Origin: Octopus vulgaris
Taxonomy: Eukaryota
DNA length: 64,000 bases
Direction: 5' to 3'
NCBI GenBank assembly: GCA_951406725.2
Contig: OX597818.1
Location: 132,494,001 to 132,558,000 of the forward strand
Shown in pieces: positions 1 through 12,708 of the stretch; position 1 is the first letter of the stretch, and every line of letters begins with the position of its first letter. The notes under the pieces are model-generated. The model did not search any database, was not told the DNA's origin, and saw nothing but the letters and a program-made list of their open reading frames with translations. A program made the translations under genes and the position numbers.

Positions 1-5
1 ATATG

Positions 6-100
<95 letters not shown>
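1..100. repeat. (AT)n microsatellite
   Basis: Near-perfect AT dinucleotide run. Confidence 0.98.
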
Positions 101-104
<4 letters not shown>

Positions 105-273
105 TTTGAGGCTAGCTAAAGACAAATATGGTCTGTCACAGACTGTGCTCACAAAAAGGTCATTATCATTCACCTTTGTGACTGTGGCGCCAGACATCAT
201 GGTCCGCAGCCAGGTCTGACCAGCATTGGTGGTTAATATGACATGCTGTTAGAGACTTCTTGAGGCAGTCTTT

Positions 274-795
274 GTTCAAGAAGACATAGAAACCCTTGCT
301 TCAGATCGAGTTGGATGGCAAACAAAGGTGTGAAGTGGAGTAAAAGCATTTGAAGAAGCCAGGATAATGCAAGTAAGACACAAAAGAGATCTAAGGAAAA
401 ATTTAATGATTGTGAAGGTTAATGGCAATGACCTTTTTGTGACCACAGTCTGTGACAGTCCATGCTTGTGTTTAGCTAGCCTCAAATCTCATCTGCAAAT
501 GCATATAAAACTAACATCCACCAACTATTCTGACTATATGCCTGTGCACACCTTTGAAAGCAGTGTATGCCAGAAAGTTTGCAAATCAAACAGAGGCCTC
601 AAAAGACATATTAAGACCCACAAAGAGCAGAACCTATCTGCAAGTATTGGTGGTCCAAATCAGAGGTGCAATCTATGTGGGTGTCTTTTCAGAACATTGT
701 CTGGTTTAAAAAGCCACATCAGATGCCATGATGGTGTTAAGGTGTAGGTACAAGAGGTGGTCTAACTCTGTATAAGGAGTAGACAACTGCCATAT
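274..795 (+). mobile_element. 3' end of an RTE-type non-LTR retrotransposon ORF with C-terminal C2H2 zinc fingers (pseudogenised)
   Basis: In frame with ORF 367..747: QEDIETLASDRVGWQTKV*SGVKAFEEARIMQ matches the RTE post-RT 'LAxDRxxW..V..G...FE..R' pattern (stop at 331-333). It is followed by C2H2-like motifs (CQKVCKSNRGLKRHIKTH, CNLCGCLFRTLSGLKSHIRCH, plus one degenerate) and a short 3' tail running into (TA)n. Confidence 0.7.
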
Positions 796-831
796 GTATA
801 TATATATACATATGCGTCTATATATATATGT

Positions 832-953
832 ATGTGGCCTGCTCGCTTAGCCAGCGGGGTGGCATCATTCGAAGGCTAAAACAATGCGAACGCATTGTGA
901 CCAGCGATGTGTAACAACATCTGATGGTCTGGTCGGTCATGTGATCACGTGAT
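832..953 (+). mobile_element. Short retroelement 3'-end fragment inserted in (TA)n
   Basis: GC-richer block of about 120 bp bounded by TA tracts, ending GTCATGTGATCACGTGAT. Family not identified. Confidence 0.4.
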
Positions 954-1051
954 ATATATGTATGTATGTATATATATATGCATGTATATATATATATATG
1001 AATGTATATATACGTATGATTGTATATAATTGTATATATAAATATATGTAA

Positions 1052-1554
1052 ATGTTGCATGGTCGGGTCGTCAGCTACTAAACCGGCAACCCCACCAAGC
1101 TTGCTTGCTGAGGAGGGTGATTTTTGGACACCTTGCAGGATGAAAGACAAAACCCGTCAAGGGCGGAGGAACTCTTGAGAGTCAACAGCCATCCAATAAA
1201 TGTCTTAAGGCTATATCATGTGCGGGAACATAGAAATAATCTGACTGAACGCCTGATCATGCGGATAAACCATTTGGATTAAAGGACTCCTAGCCTTTGT
1301 TAGGGCATCCTTCTAGGAGAAGGTAACTCAGGTAACTGGGATAACTCCGATATAAAACCTGCAGCTCAGTGGTTACCAATGATGTTGACTTGTTCTTCTT
1401 TTCGGATTACGGCTGCTGTTGCTTAGTGAATGGGATTGACTCAGTGCACAGCCTTTCCTCACTTTAAAAAAAATCTTCTTGCACAGGCATTGCATGATAA
1501 CAACATTGATTAAGCTTCGTGCAATGGCCATACTCGATAACGAGGGGGCAGCCA

Positions 1555-1558
<4 letters not shown>
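1052..1558 (+). mobile_element. Non-autonomous RTE-derived element (5'UTR-like part plus 3' tail)
   Basis: Contains CTAGGAGAAGGTAACTC, resembling RTE 5'UTR motifs. Its 3' end (GGCCATACTCGATAACGAGGGGGCAGCCACCATAT) resembles the RTE tail at about 755-795. Flanked by TA tracts. Confidence 0.45.
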
Positions 1559-1597
<39 letters not shown>

Positions 1598-1620
1598 TAT
1601 AATAAGTTTATATATGTGTG

Positions 1621-1697
<77 letters not shown>

Positions 1698-1881
1698 CAT
1701 ATATATATATTTAACAATTAAGGATGACTTATGTCCCTCTTAGCATGTAACATTTATGTGTAATAATGCCCTCTATACAATATAAATACATATATATATA
1801 TATATAAATATATATATATAGATATACATACATATACATGTAAATATATGTATATATATATGTATGTGTGTATACAAATGT

Positions 1882-1933
<52 letters not shown>

Positions 1934-2168
1934 ATACATATATGCATATATAAGTATGTATACATATATGTGTCAAAGGCTAGCAGATGTTTTAAGGGGA
2001 AAAAAAGGAAGCATTTATGTTTATCCCAAGTACAGAGTACCAAGGTGCTGGAAAACTGAACAGCAGTGTATGAAGACTTTCGTGTTTGGTACTGGAACAT
2101 TTATTAAACATAATTTTAAGAAACAAAAAGTTTAAACTCTTGAAGTTCTCTGCTGAAAGAGCAGTGTC

Positions 2169-2460
2169 ACAACCACCACCACCACCATCACCACCACCAC
2201 CATTACCACCACCACCACCAACACAACCACCACCACCACCACCACCATCACCAACACAACCACCACCGCCACCACAACCACCACCGCCACCACAACCACC
2301 ACCACAACCACAACAACCACCACCACCACCAACACAACCACCACCACCAACACAACCACCACCACACAACCACCACCACCACCACCACCACCACCACCAC
2401 AACCACCACCGCCACCACAACCACCATTACCATCGTTATTATCATCATCATCATTATTAA
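2169..2460. repeat. (CCA/CAA)n low-complexity repeat
   Basis: Imperfect trinucleotide array; source of the poly-Pro/His/Gly ORFs. Confidence 0.95.
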
Positions 2461-2473
2461 TTATTAAAACCCC

Positions 2474-2683
2474 GAGCTGGCAGAATCATTATGGCACCAG
2501 GCAAAATGCTGCTAAGCATTTTGTCCATCTTTACTCTATGAGTTCAAATTCTGCAGAAGTCGACTTTGCTTTCATCCTCTTGGGGTTGATAAATTAAGTA
2601 CCATTTGAGTACTGGGGTCGATGTAATCCACTGTCCCCTCCCCCAAATTTCAGGCCTTGTGCCTTTAGTAGAAAGGATTATTA
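2474..2683 (+). mobile_element. tRNA-derived SINE, family A (older tail type)
   Basis: GAGCTGGCAGAA head, B-box-like GAGTTCAAATTC, core GTCGACTTTGC-TTTCATCC...AAGTACC, tail CCTTGTGCC...AGTAGAAAGGATTATT. Confidence 0.85.
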
Positions 2684-2998
2684 TCTTTATTATCTAAGAT
2701 CCATGTTCCATGCTGGCATAGGTTGGATGGTTTGCCAAGAATCCTGTGAGTGAAAAACTGCACTGCTTTGGCATGGTCTCTACAGCTTGATGCTCTTCCT
2801 AGCACCAACCCCTTTACAGTGTGCAGTAGATGCCTTTTTTTTCATGTCACTTGTATTACTGAGGTCACCAGGCATCTCACAAACCAACAAAACCATGGAG
2901 GAAAGATGTTGCTTTTGTATGTTAGATGGTGGTTAAGATGTGAGAGAAGAGGTTGGAATAGAGCAGATTCTTGTTGTAGAGGAGCTACATGGCTACAT

Positions 2999-3377
2999 GG
3001 AGGTGCAATGGCCCAGTGGTTAGGGCAGCGGACTCGAGGTCATAGGATCGCAGTTTCGATTCCCAGACCGGGCGTTGTGAGTGTTTATTGAGCGAAAACA
3101 CCTAAAGCTCCACGAGGCTCCGGCAGGGATGGTGGTGATCCCTGCTGTACTCTTTCACCACAACTTTCTCTCAATCTTACTTCCTGTTTCTGTTGTACCT
3201 GTATTTCAAAGGGCCGGCCTTGTCACTCTCTGTGTCACTCTGAATATCCCCGAGAACTACGTTAAGGGTACACGTGTCTGTGGAGTGCTCAGCCACTTAC
3301 ACGTTAATTTCACGAGCAGGCTGTTCCGTTGATCGGATCAACCGGAACCCTCGTCGTCATAACCGACAGAGTGCTTC
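2999..3377 (+). mobile_element. tRNA-derived SINE, family C, full length
   Basis: A box TGGCCCAGTGG, B box GTTTCGATTCC; near-identical to six other full-length copies in the window; TSD CTACATGGCTACA (2985-2997 / 3377-3389). Confidence 0.93.
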
Positions 3378-3581
3378 TACATGGCTACACATATTTAAGA
3401 TAGAGAGTGAGAATGAATAAAATGCACCTCCAAAGGGATAAGGTGTCTTTGTAGCATCTTATGTTGTAGGAGAAATAGTGGATGGATATCTTTTACCTTT
3501 TGTATGTTTTAATCATTAGACTGTGGCTATGCTGAGGCACCACCTTAGATATGAAATTGCATAAAGCAAAACTATAAATAT

Positions 3582-3813
3582 ATTTCTTTACTACCCACAA
3601 GGGGCTAAACACAGAGGGGACAAACAAGGACAGACGAACAGATTAAGTCGATTATATCGACTCCAGTGCATAACTGGTACTTAATTTATCGACCCCGAAA
3701 GGATGAAAGGCAAAGTTGACCTCGGCGGAATTTGAACCCAGAACGTAACGGCAGACGAAATACGGCTACGCATTTTGCCCGGCGTGCTAACGATTCTGCC
3801 AGCTCGCCGCCTT
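3582..3813 (-). mobile_element. SINE family A (young tail type)
   Basis: Full-length copy; 19-bp TSD AAAGCAAAACTATAAATAT (3563-3581 / 3815-3833). Confidence 0.93.
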
Positions 3814-4182
3814 GAAAGCAAAACTATAAATATCTTCGTTATGTGTTAATGGAGTACATTTGTCAACAACAAAATGAATATAGGCTGCTGAATGGACTGA
3901 TGATCATGAATTTAATTAAAATCTTAATTAATGAACTGAAATATCAGTGGTAATTGCAAATATTTAACATGGATGGTTTCAAAAAATTTAGTAAAGAAAC
4001 TTCTTTAAGCCTTTAAGATTTAAGCCAGCCATATCCACCTTAAATATTTTACCAGTTTTATGTTCAAATGAGCCAGATCCAGTGTCTCACACCTATCCTA
4101 CAATGTCATGCGATGAGAAGTTTGTTTCCCAACCACATGGTTCTGGGTTCAGTCTCACTATGTACCACCTTGGGCAAGTGTC

Positions 4183-4218
4183 TTCTCATTCCTAAGGTAT
4201 GTTTCGATGTTATTATTA

Positions 4219-4255
<37 letters not shown>

Positions 4256-4412
4256 AGTCACTGCCTGGAATCGAACTTGGAATCCTGGGGTTAGTAGTCC
4301 GCACGCTTAACCACTACGCTATATGCCCATGGCATAGTGGTTAAGAGTGCAGGCTACTAACCCCAGAATTCTGAGTTTGATTCCAGGCAGTGACCTGAAT
4401 AATGATAATAAC

Positions 4413-4474
<62 letters not shown>

Positions 4475-4625
4475 CAACATCAAAAAATAGCTTAGGAATG
4501 AGAACCCAGGTTCAAGCTTTCCCCAAGACACCTAATGAAGGCTGGAGGGTATATCAGCTGAAACGTGTTAACAACAAACAAGATGAGGAGAAATATCCAT
4601 CAAATGTAAATAATGTAAATAATGA
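4183..4625 (+). mobile_element. Fold-back element: tRNA-like head, (AAT)n, and a tail with a degenerate hammerhead motif, preceded by an inverted partial copy
   Basis: 4183-4319 is the inverted copy of 4331-4504. Head GGCATAGTGGTTAAG...GAGTTTGATTCC. Tail GACAC-CTAATGA-A-GGCTG...CAGCT-GAAACGT at 4527-4566. Confidence 0.75.
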
Positions 4626-5180
4626 ACAAATCATAAGAGTGTTTAAAATCAGAGTCTGCAACATAGAGCCATTTGTCAATAAAATAGATGTCACATGAAA
4701 AAACATTTAAAAAAAACCCCATCTAGTTAGTGCTACATTTATCATCATTTTGTAAGCAGTGATTATTATCTATTTTCGGTACAGGTAATGTAGATATCCT
4801 AAATTAGGTTTTCATTAAATCTGAATTTCGCATAAACATCAATTTAAAATTTTTTTTACATATTTAGTTGGCTATATAAAAAGGGGAAAATGTGTTTTGT
4901 TAAAATTCTTTCATTATTTTATATCTTTGACCTTTTTTGTTTATAAGTGTATCATACTTATTTCAACTATCTTGGGGTATAAAGGCCATTTTTAATTTTT
5001 GTAGTTGTGGTTTCTATGACAGAAGTCAAGCATTGGCTGTAAATTTTCGTAGCTATATGTAAACAAGATTTCTTTAAAAGAGTATTTTAATTTGCTTGAA
5101 GTGTTGCAATATATGTAAATGAAATATGTTTCAAAAATCTTTTGAGCAATGTAGGTAAGAAATTAGGAAAAATATGTATA

Positions 5181-5556
5181 GGCACAGGAGTGGCTGTGTG
5201 GTAAGTAGCTTGCTTACCAACCGGGTTCAGTGTCTTCTGCTATAGCCTCGGGCCAACCAAAGCCTTGTGAGTGGATTTGGTAAACGGAAACTGAAAGAAG
5301 CCCGTCATATATATGTATATATATGTGTGTGTGCGTATATGTCTGTGTGTCTGTGTTTGTCCCCCTAGCATTGCATGACAACCGATGCTGGTGTATTGAT
5401 GTCCCCATCACTCAGCAGTTCAGCAAAAGAGACCGATAGAATAAGTACTGGGCTTACAAAAGAATAAGTCCCGGGGTCGAGTTGCTCAATTAAAGGCGGT
5501 GCTCCAGCATGGCCGGAGTCAAATGATTGAAACAAGTAAAAGAGAAAAAGAGTAAA
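5181..5556 (+). mobile_element. tRNA-derived SINE, family B (internal TA/TG microsatellite)
   Basis: Head GGCACAGGAGTGGCTGTGTGGTAAG, internal microsatellite, tail CAAGTAAAAGAG; internal deletion in the head. Confidence 0.9.
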
Positions 5557-6154
5557 GGTGATATCAATGAATAAAAACAAAAAGGAAAGCCATTGTATAA
5601 CCTTACCTTGATTGTGTAATGATCCTACAATACTTCGGGAAAGATTCATCTTTTCAAATAGAAGAGGGAATATAATCTAGGAGTTCAGAGAAAAACTGTT
5701 GTTATGAGCAGGTTTTTCTAGCATTTTGTGACTTATCACAAAATAGTTGTAAATGAGTCTTACTGTCTTACAAGCAGTGTCATGTGTTGCCAATCTTCCA
5801 AGGAAATATGTTCCATCATGAGAAAACAAATGAGGAATGGTGGCAGAAAGGGAATATGGCAGTAGAAATTTGTCTTAACAAATTCCTTTTTACCTATGTA
5901 AGTGTGGAAAAAAGAATATTAAAACAATGAGGAAACCGATGATGATGATGATGATATACACACACACACACATATATATATATATTTCAACAATATAAAG
6001 GAATGGCCCTGGTAGGCCATTCGTCTCACCAGAAAGAGCAGCCATACTCAAACCGCTAAATAGTAGTAATTCAGAAATCAAAGGAAAATCAAAAACATTT
6101 ACCTTAATCATGGCGAAAAAAATTTCTATTGAATTTTTTGCTACCCTTATATTG

Positions 6155-6199
<45 letters not shown>

Positions 6200-6200
<1 letters not shown>

Positions 6201-6392
6201 ATGGGAAGGTTTACGAAAATAAACAAAAGACGAATGCAGGTGGAGTACAAACAAGTAAATGTATTAGTATGGCACTCAGGAATAGAAATAGAACAAGTCT
6301 TTTATGTTTCGAGCCTACGCTCTTCGACAGAAAGATACACAGAAAAGAAACAAGGAGAGAAATAAATGCGTGTAGGAGCTAACGGTCCATCA
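6200..6392 (-). mobile_element. Short HHR-bearing element (PLE terminal-repeat-like) abutting (TA)n
   Basis: Same family as 17190-17377, opposite orientation. Minus-strand motif CTTT-CTGTCGA-A-GAGC-GTAG-GCTC-GAAA-CA-TA-AAAG at 6299-6334. Confidence 0.7.
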
Positions 6393-6439
6393 GGATTTAA
6401 GAATATCATCATTATCATCACTTTCACCACTACCATGGT

Positions 6440-6566
6440 GACCGATAGAATAAGTACTGGGCTTACAAAAGAATAAGTCCCAAGGTCGAGTTGCTCGATT
6501 AAAGGTGGTGCTCCAGCATGGCCGCAGTCAAATGACTGAAACAAGTAAAAGAGTAAAAGAGAGAGT
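6440..6566 (+). mobile_element. SINE family B, 3' fragment
   Basis: GACCGATAGAATAAGTACT...CAAGTAAAAGAGTAAAAGAG. Confidence 0.85.
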
Positions 6567-6940
6567 AAGAGTATAGGTTGGTTTTTTTTTTGTGTTTTAC
6601 ACATATTACACAATTAATTCAATAATTTGTTGTCAGTATTGAGATGATGAACTTAACATTAAATGTAGCATGGACCTAAGTACACTTTTTGGTAGATAAA
6701 TAAAATGCCTTCTACTATAAAAATCTAAAAAAAAAAAACAAATAGCAAAGAAGAAATTATGCTTATCCTTATTCTAATAAACTTTAATATTTTTATTTAT
6801 TAGCTGTTTTTCTAATGTTCCTTGATTCATTGCTCTTCTGGCAAAATAAAGAAATCATTACCGTTGTTTTTGTTAGCACTTTTACCATCATCGTTCTTGT
6901 TGTAGTTACTACTACTACGACAACGACTAACCCCTACCAT

Positions 6941-6975
<35 letters not shown>

Positions 6976-7278
6976 ATACGGCTGCTGCTGCTGCTGCTAC
7001 TACTACTACTACTGCTACTGCTACTACCACTACTACTACTACTACTACTACTTTCTGTTTATTTTTACTACTTTCTGTTTATTTTCAGTTTTTTGTGGGG
7101 GTTTATTTTCAAAATTTGAATAGAAGTAAATTTTTTTTAAAGTGAGTCTCATATTTCTTGAAATATATTGATTTCAAAAATAAATTCGTGACCATTGAAT
7201 AGGAAAAGGATAAAGTCTGGAGGGTTTTTTTAATATATATATTTTATTTTATTTTATTTTGTTATAAGAAAATACTTT

Positions 7279-7402
7279 ATATATACATACACATATACAT
7301 ATATACATGAAGATACATACATACATACATACATACATACATACATACATACATACATACATGCATGCATAGATTCATACATACACATACATGCATACAT
7401 GC

Positions 7403-7458
<56 letters not shown>

Positions 7459-7737
7459 CATGCACACATATATGCATATTTGTATGTACATATATGTATA
7501 TATATATATACACACATATATGCATATTTGTATGTATATATATATATATGTATGCATATTTGTATGTATATATATGTATATATATATATATATATACATA
7601 CATATATAAAAAGTATGTGTGTATGTGCATCTGTGCACATACGTACACCTTTACGTATACATGCATATATATTAATATATATGTGTGTGTATGTACGTGT
7701 ATGTGTGTGTGTCTGTGCATGTGTGTGTGTGTGTGTG
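7279..7737. repeat. Compound (AT)/(CATA)/(GT) microsatellite
   Basis: Directly visible. Confidence 0.95.
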
Positions 7738-8195
7738 CTGGTAATTAAATAAGTTGATCAATTATTAAAAAAAACACAAGAGAAAATAAAAAGAAGAAAA
7801 TAAAGAGAAGGAAATAAACACTGAAAGAACTGAATGAAATATTTAAACTGAGAAAGTAATATGAAAGGTGTGATAAGAGGGTGTGATGGAAATGGGGACA
7901 TGGGAGTGTAAATAATAAAAAGTGAGAGGTTAGATAAGGAAAAATAGAAATAAAAGAGGGTGGGGTGGGGGTGGGAAAGGGAAGAAAGGCATAAAGTGTA
8001 AGTTTGATAGAAAGAGAGCAGAGCAAGCAGGAAGAGTAAGTATATAGACAGAGTGTGAGGGACGAAAATAGATTGACAAAAAAAAAAACATATAGATAAA
8101 CATCGGAATATTATATAGAAGATGAGAGTGACAGTTTGATACAGGAGACGGATAAGAGTAAAAAAATTAGATGCAAAAAGAGACAGGAATTTTAT

Positions 8196-8226
<31 letters not shown>

Positions 8227-8254
8227 CACACACACATACACATATCTCTCTTTC

Positions 8255-8666
8255 TCTTTCTCTTTCTCTTTTGCTTGTTTCTGTCATTTGACTGCAGCCA
8301 TGCTGGAGCACCGCCTATAATCGAGCAAACTCGACCCCGGGACTTATTCTTTTTGTAAGCCCAGGACTTATTCTATCGGTCTCTTTTGCCGAACCGCTAA
8401 GTTACGGGGACGCAAACACACCAGCATCGGTTGTCAAGCAATGCTTGGGGGACAAACACAGACACACAAACATACACGCAAACATATATATATATACGTA
8501 TATACGACGAGCTTCTTTCAGTTTCCATCTACCAAATCCACTCACAAGGCTTTGGTCGGCCCGAGACTATAGTAGAAGACATTTACCCAAAGTGCCACAC
8601 CGTGGGACTGAACCCAGAACCATGTGGTTGGTAAGCAAGTACTTACCACACAGCCACTCCCGCGCC
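8255..8666 (-). mobile_element. SINE family B, full length
   Basis: Reverse complement of the family-B copies. Confidence 0.92.
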
Positions 8667-8712
8667 TATATATTCACACACACACATATACATATACACA
8701 CACATATATATA

Positions 8713-8957
8713 GGTGCAGGCATGGCTGTGGGGGTAAGAAGCTTGCTTCTCAACCATATGGTTCTGGGTTCAGTCCCATTACATGGCACCTTGGGCAAGT
8801 ATCTTCTACTATAGCCACAGGCTGGCCAAGGCCTTGTGAGTGGATTTGATAGATGGAAACTGAAAGAAGCCCGTCGTATATGTAAACCCACCAGCACCAG
8901 TCGTCAAGCGGTGATGTGGGGATGAACACAGACACAAAGACACACACATATTCATTC

Positions 8958-9024
<67 letters not shown>

Positions 9025-9125
9025 TGTGTGCGTGCCTGCGTGTATGCGGGTCTTTGTGTCTGTGTTCATCCCAGCATCACCACTTGATGACCGGTGTTGG
9101 TGTGTTTACATCCCCGTAACTTAGT
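8713..9125 (+). mobile_element. SINE family B (older, 3'-truncated)
   Basis: Head GGTGCAGGCATGGCTGTG, internal (GT)n; head-to-head with the 8255-8666 copy. Confidence 0.85.
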
Positions 9126-9479
9126 GAAGTTAAAACAAGCACTGATATTTTGAAAGCATTTAATACACGTGATCCGGATAATCATGCAAGAAAGAAAAAG
9201 AATTCATCTCCTACTTAACGCCTTCATTTAAGACATTTCAAAATATGAATAACAGTAAAATTCGCCCTTTATATACCTATGTCAACAGAATTCACCTACA
9301 GGAAGGAATGAAGAATAATAGCTAGGAGTAGAATATTTATAAAGAGGGGTCTTTTGTGTGCCCCCACAAGCCCTTTTGTATTTTCCAACCTTCACTTTGA
9401 ACTATCAACATCATTCTGACACCCATTTATCACACCTTTACTTCCCTTTCTCTCTTTCTTTCTTTCTTTCTTCATATTA

Positions 9480-9905
<426 letters not shown>

Positions 9906-11503
9906 CATTAAAAGATTTTTTTCATTTATTTATTTGACCCGTTTCCCTCCGATCAACTTTAATAAGTTTAACCTACTGCCTGTCAATCGAAAATCAATTT
10001 CACATTATCTCTGTGCACAGCCTGGATCCCATTTCATATAGCCATTGGACTGTACACGTTATCCATCTCTCTGACTTACATAAAATAATAAATTTTTATT
10101 CCATCTTCCTTCTCAATAACCTGATTGCAATTATCATGGGTTAAGGTGAAACTGAAGTAATATGAAATTGCTCCTCTGAGAAGCCATGTGCCAGGACCCA
10201 GTCACCATATTCTTCCATGTTAAGTGTTCAGTGCAAAGAAATATAAGTAGTCTTTTAAACATCAGTTAGGTTATTTCGTTTTTATGAAGAATTCCTTTAA
10301 TGTTGCAGAATGCCTATAATAATTAAAAGGCTAATATTTAATTTTCCCAATCAGTCGAATGACTTGTGCTTAGCCACTGGCATCCATATTAGGTCAAACG
10401 TCAAGGTTAAATTTCATATTAAAAGGAAAATTTGTTTGATAAATAATGCAGTATCTTTGTTATCACCTACCAATATCTTATTCTCAGAATTTAATTAATT
10501 GAATCAATATTAAAGTTTTCAATTAAAGTTTTAATTTGAATTAAGTGCAACTAAAACAACAACACGTTGGTACTTAGCTTAACCTGACTGAATTTTGTAA
10601 ATTACTTATTTGCATCATTTATAGATTCGTGAGTCATCCAAATCGTTAATAATTAATGGATGTCGATCAAACTGAGAGAAAAGAAAATTTTTTAATCAAT
10701 ATATAGAGGCAAAAATCTATATTTGAAATTAAAAAATTTAAAAACAAAACATAATTGATAAGTATTTAGGGACTATAGTATAACAACAGTCTTTTGGAGA
10801 TATTCTGAAAGAGTATATTTTTTCCAGTTTTTTTTTACATAGAATTACTATTGAATAATAGTTAAAGATTTCTCAACATTCTTTTTTTTTAATATTCATA
10901 AAAATTATAACACGTTGGGAAACATTTTTTATGAATTATTTTTAGAGAAAAATGAAGAAGAATGTTGAGAATTCTTGCTAGTGAGTTATAATTTTTGAAT
11001 TATGAAATATTAAATTACTATAAAACTTTATATCTGAAAAATGTCAGGATTAATAACAACTTAAGCGATCAAACTCACTTCAAATCAAAATAATTCCAAA
11101 TACTTATTTTAATAACTTATTTCCTTCACACGTTCTTAGAATAAATGTAAAGTTACAAAATTTCGTTGACGGTGTAATAGCTAATGCTTTGTACATTAAA
11201 AGTAAAAATACACAAATAGTTGTAATTTATATGCTAATAAGTTTGGTCTTAAATACAGTCAGAAATTATGAGCACGCAAGAAGAATAGAAATTCAGAAAT
11301 AGAAATTTTGGTCTTGGATGCTTTTCATTTTCCTCTTTTTTTTTGCATTCCTTCCAAAATTTGATGTCACCTTACTAGTACAAATCCGGTACTAATACAA
11401 AGACATGGACATGATGTTCAGAAGAAAGGATGAAAGAGGCAATCAAAGGTTGTAAGACGTTACTTGAAGTTGCCTTCATGTACAATCAACAGTATATACT
11501 CTT

Positions 11504-11866
11504 GGTTACGACGACGAGGGTTCCGGTTGATCCGAATTAACGGAACAGCCTGCTCGTGAAATTAACGTGTAAGTGGCTGAGCACTCCACAGACACGTGCA
11601 CCCTTAACGTAGTTCTCGGGGATATTCAGCGTGACACAGAGAGTGACAAGGCCGGCCCCTTGAAATACAGGTACAACAGAAGCAAGAAGTAAGAGTGAGA
11701 GAAAGTTGTGGTGAAAGAGTACAGCAGGGATCACCACCATCCCCTGCTGGAGCCTCGTGGAGCTTTTAGGTGTTTTCGCTCAATAAACACTCACAACGCC
11801 CGGTCTGGGAATCGAAACCGCGATCCTATGACCGCGAGTCCACTGCCCTAACCACTGGGCCATTGC
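11504..11866 (-). mobile_element. SINE family C
   Basis: Reverse complement of the 2999-3377 family. Confidence 0.92.
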
Positions 11867-12058
11867 AGGCTTGAGTGATACTAGAATTACAGGTGACTAT
11901 GACGATGACAGTAAGCTTGACAGAGAAGGTAAACTGAATGTCATCTAGGCTAGAAAACCCTGAGATACAGACAGAAGAATGTAAAGAGACGGACGAAGAA
12001 GGTCACATTCAGCAGAACAGAAGCCTAAAACATGGAGTTAGTATTAAACTTTACTAAG

Positions 12059-12245
12059 ATGGTGAGCTGGCAGAATCGTTAGCGCGTTGGGCAAAATGTT
12101 TAGTGGCTTTTCGTCCGCCGAGGTCAACTTTGCTTTCATCCTTTTGGGGTCGACAAAATAAGTACCAGTTGAGTACTGGAGTCGATGTAATTGACTTCTC
12201 TCTTCTCTCGATATTGCTGGCTTTGTGCTAAAATTTGAAATCAGT
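12059..12245 (+). mobile_element. SINE family A (old tail, internal deletion)
   Basis: Head and core match; TSD-like AGTATTAAACT(T)TACTAA on both sides. Confidence 0.85.
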
Positions 12246-12274
12246 ATTAAACTTACTAAAAAAATACCCCTACT

Positions 12275-12708
12275 CAGGAGTGGCTGTGTGGTAAGTAACT
12301 TGCTAACCAACCACATGGTTCCGGGTTCAGTCCCACTGCGTGGCATCTTGGGCAAGTGTCTTCTGCTATAGCCCCGGGCCGACCAATGCCTTGTGAGTGG
12401 ATTTGGTAGATGGAAACTGAAAGAAGTCTGTCGTATATATGTATATATATATATATATATATATCTATGTATGTGTGTGTGTGTGTATGTGTGTGTGTAT
12501 GTGTGTGTGTTTGTCACTCTAGCATTGCTTGACAACCGATGCTGGTGTGTTTACGTCCCCGTCACTTAGCGGTTCGGCAAAAGAGACCGATAGAATAGGT
12601 ACTGGGCTTACAAAAAGAATAAGTCCTGGGGTCGATTTGCTCGACTAAAAGGCGGTGCTCCAGCATGGCCGCAGTCAAATGACTGAAACAAGTAAAAGAG
12701 AAAAAGAG
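12275..12708 (+). mobile_element. SINE family B
   Basis: Near-consensus copy. Confidence 0.92.

Noticed and set aside
2086-2460. Pro/His-rich ORF resembling formin or extensin
   Set aside because: Pure (CCA/CAA)n repeat with no splice or domain support.
3081-3332. Recurrent 83-aa ORF '[11 protein letters not shown]...FTSRLFR' seen at several loci
   Set aside because: Lies inside SINE family C; recurrence reflects copy similarity, and the frame is broken in several copies.
4331-4390. Functional tRNA gene
   Set aside because: No acceptor stem; part of a repeat. All tRNA-like segments in the window are SINE heads.
5990-6155. Small TIR element with hairpin GAATGGCC..GGCCATTC between TA tracts
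   Set aside because: Imperfect TIR of about 10 bp in AT-rich DNA and single copy in the window; could be chance.
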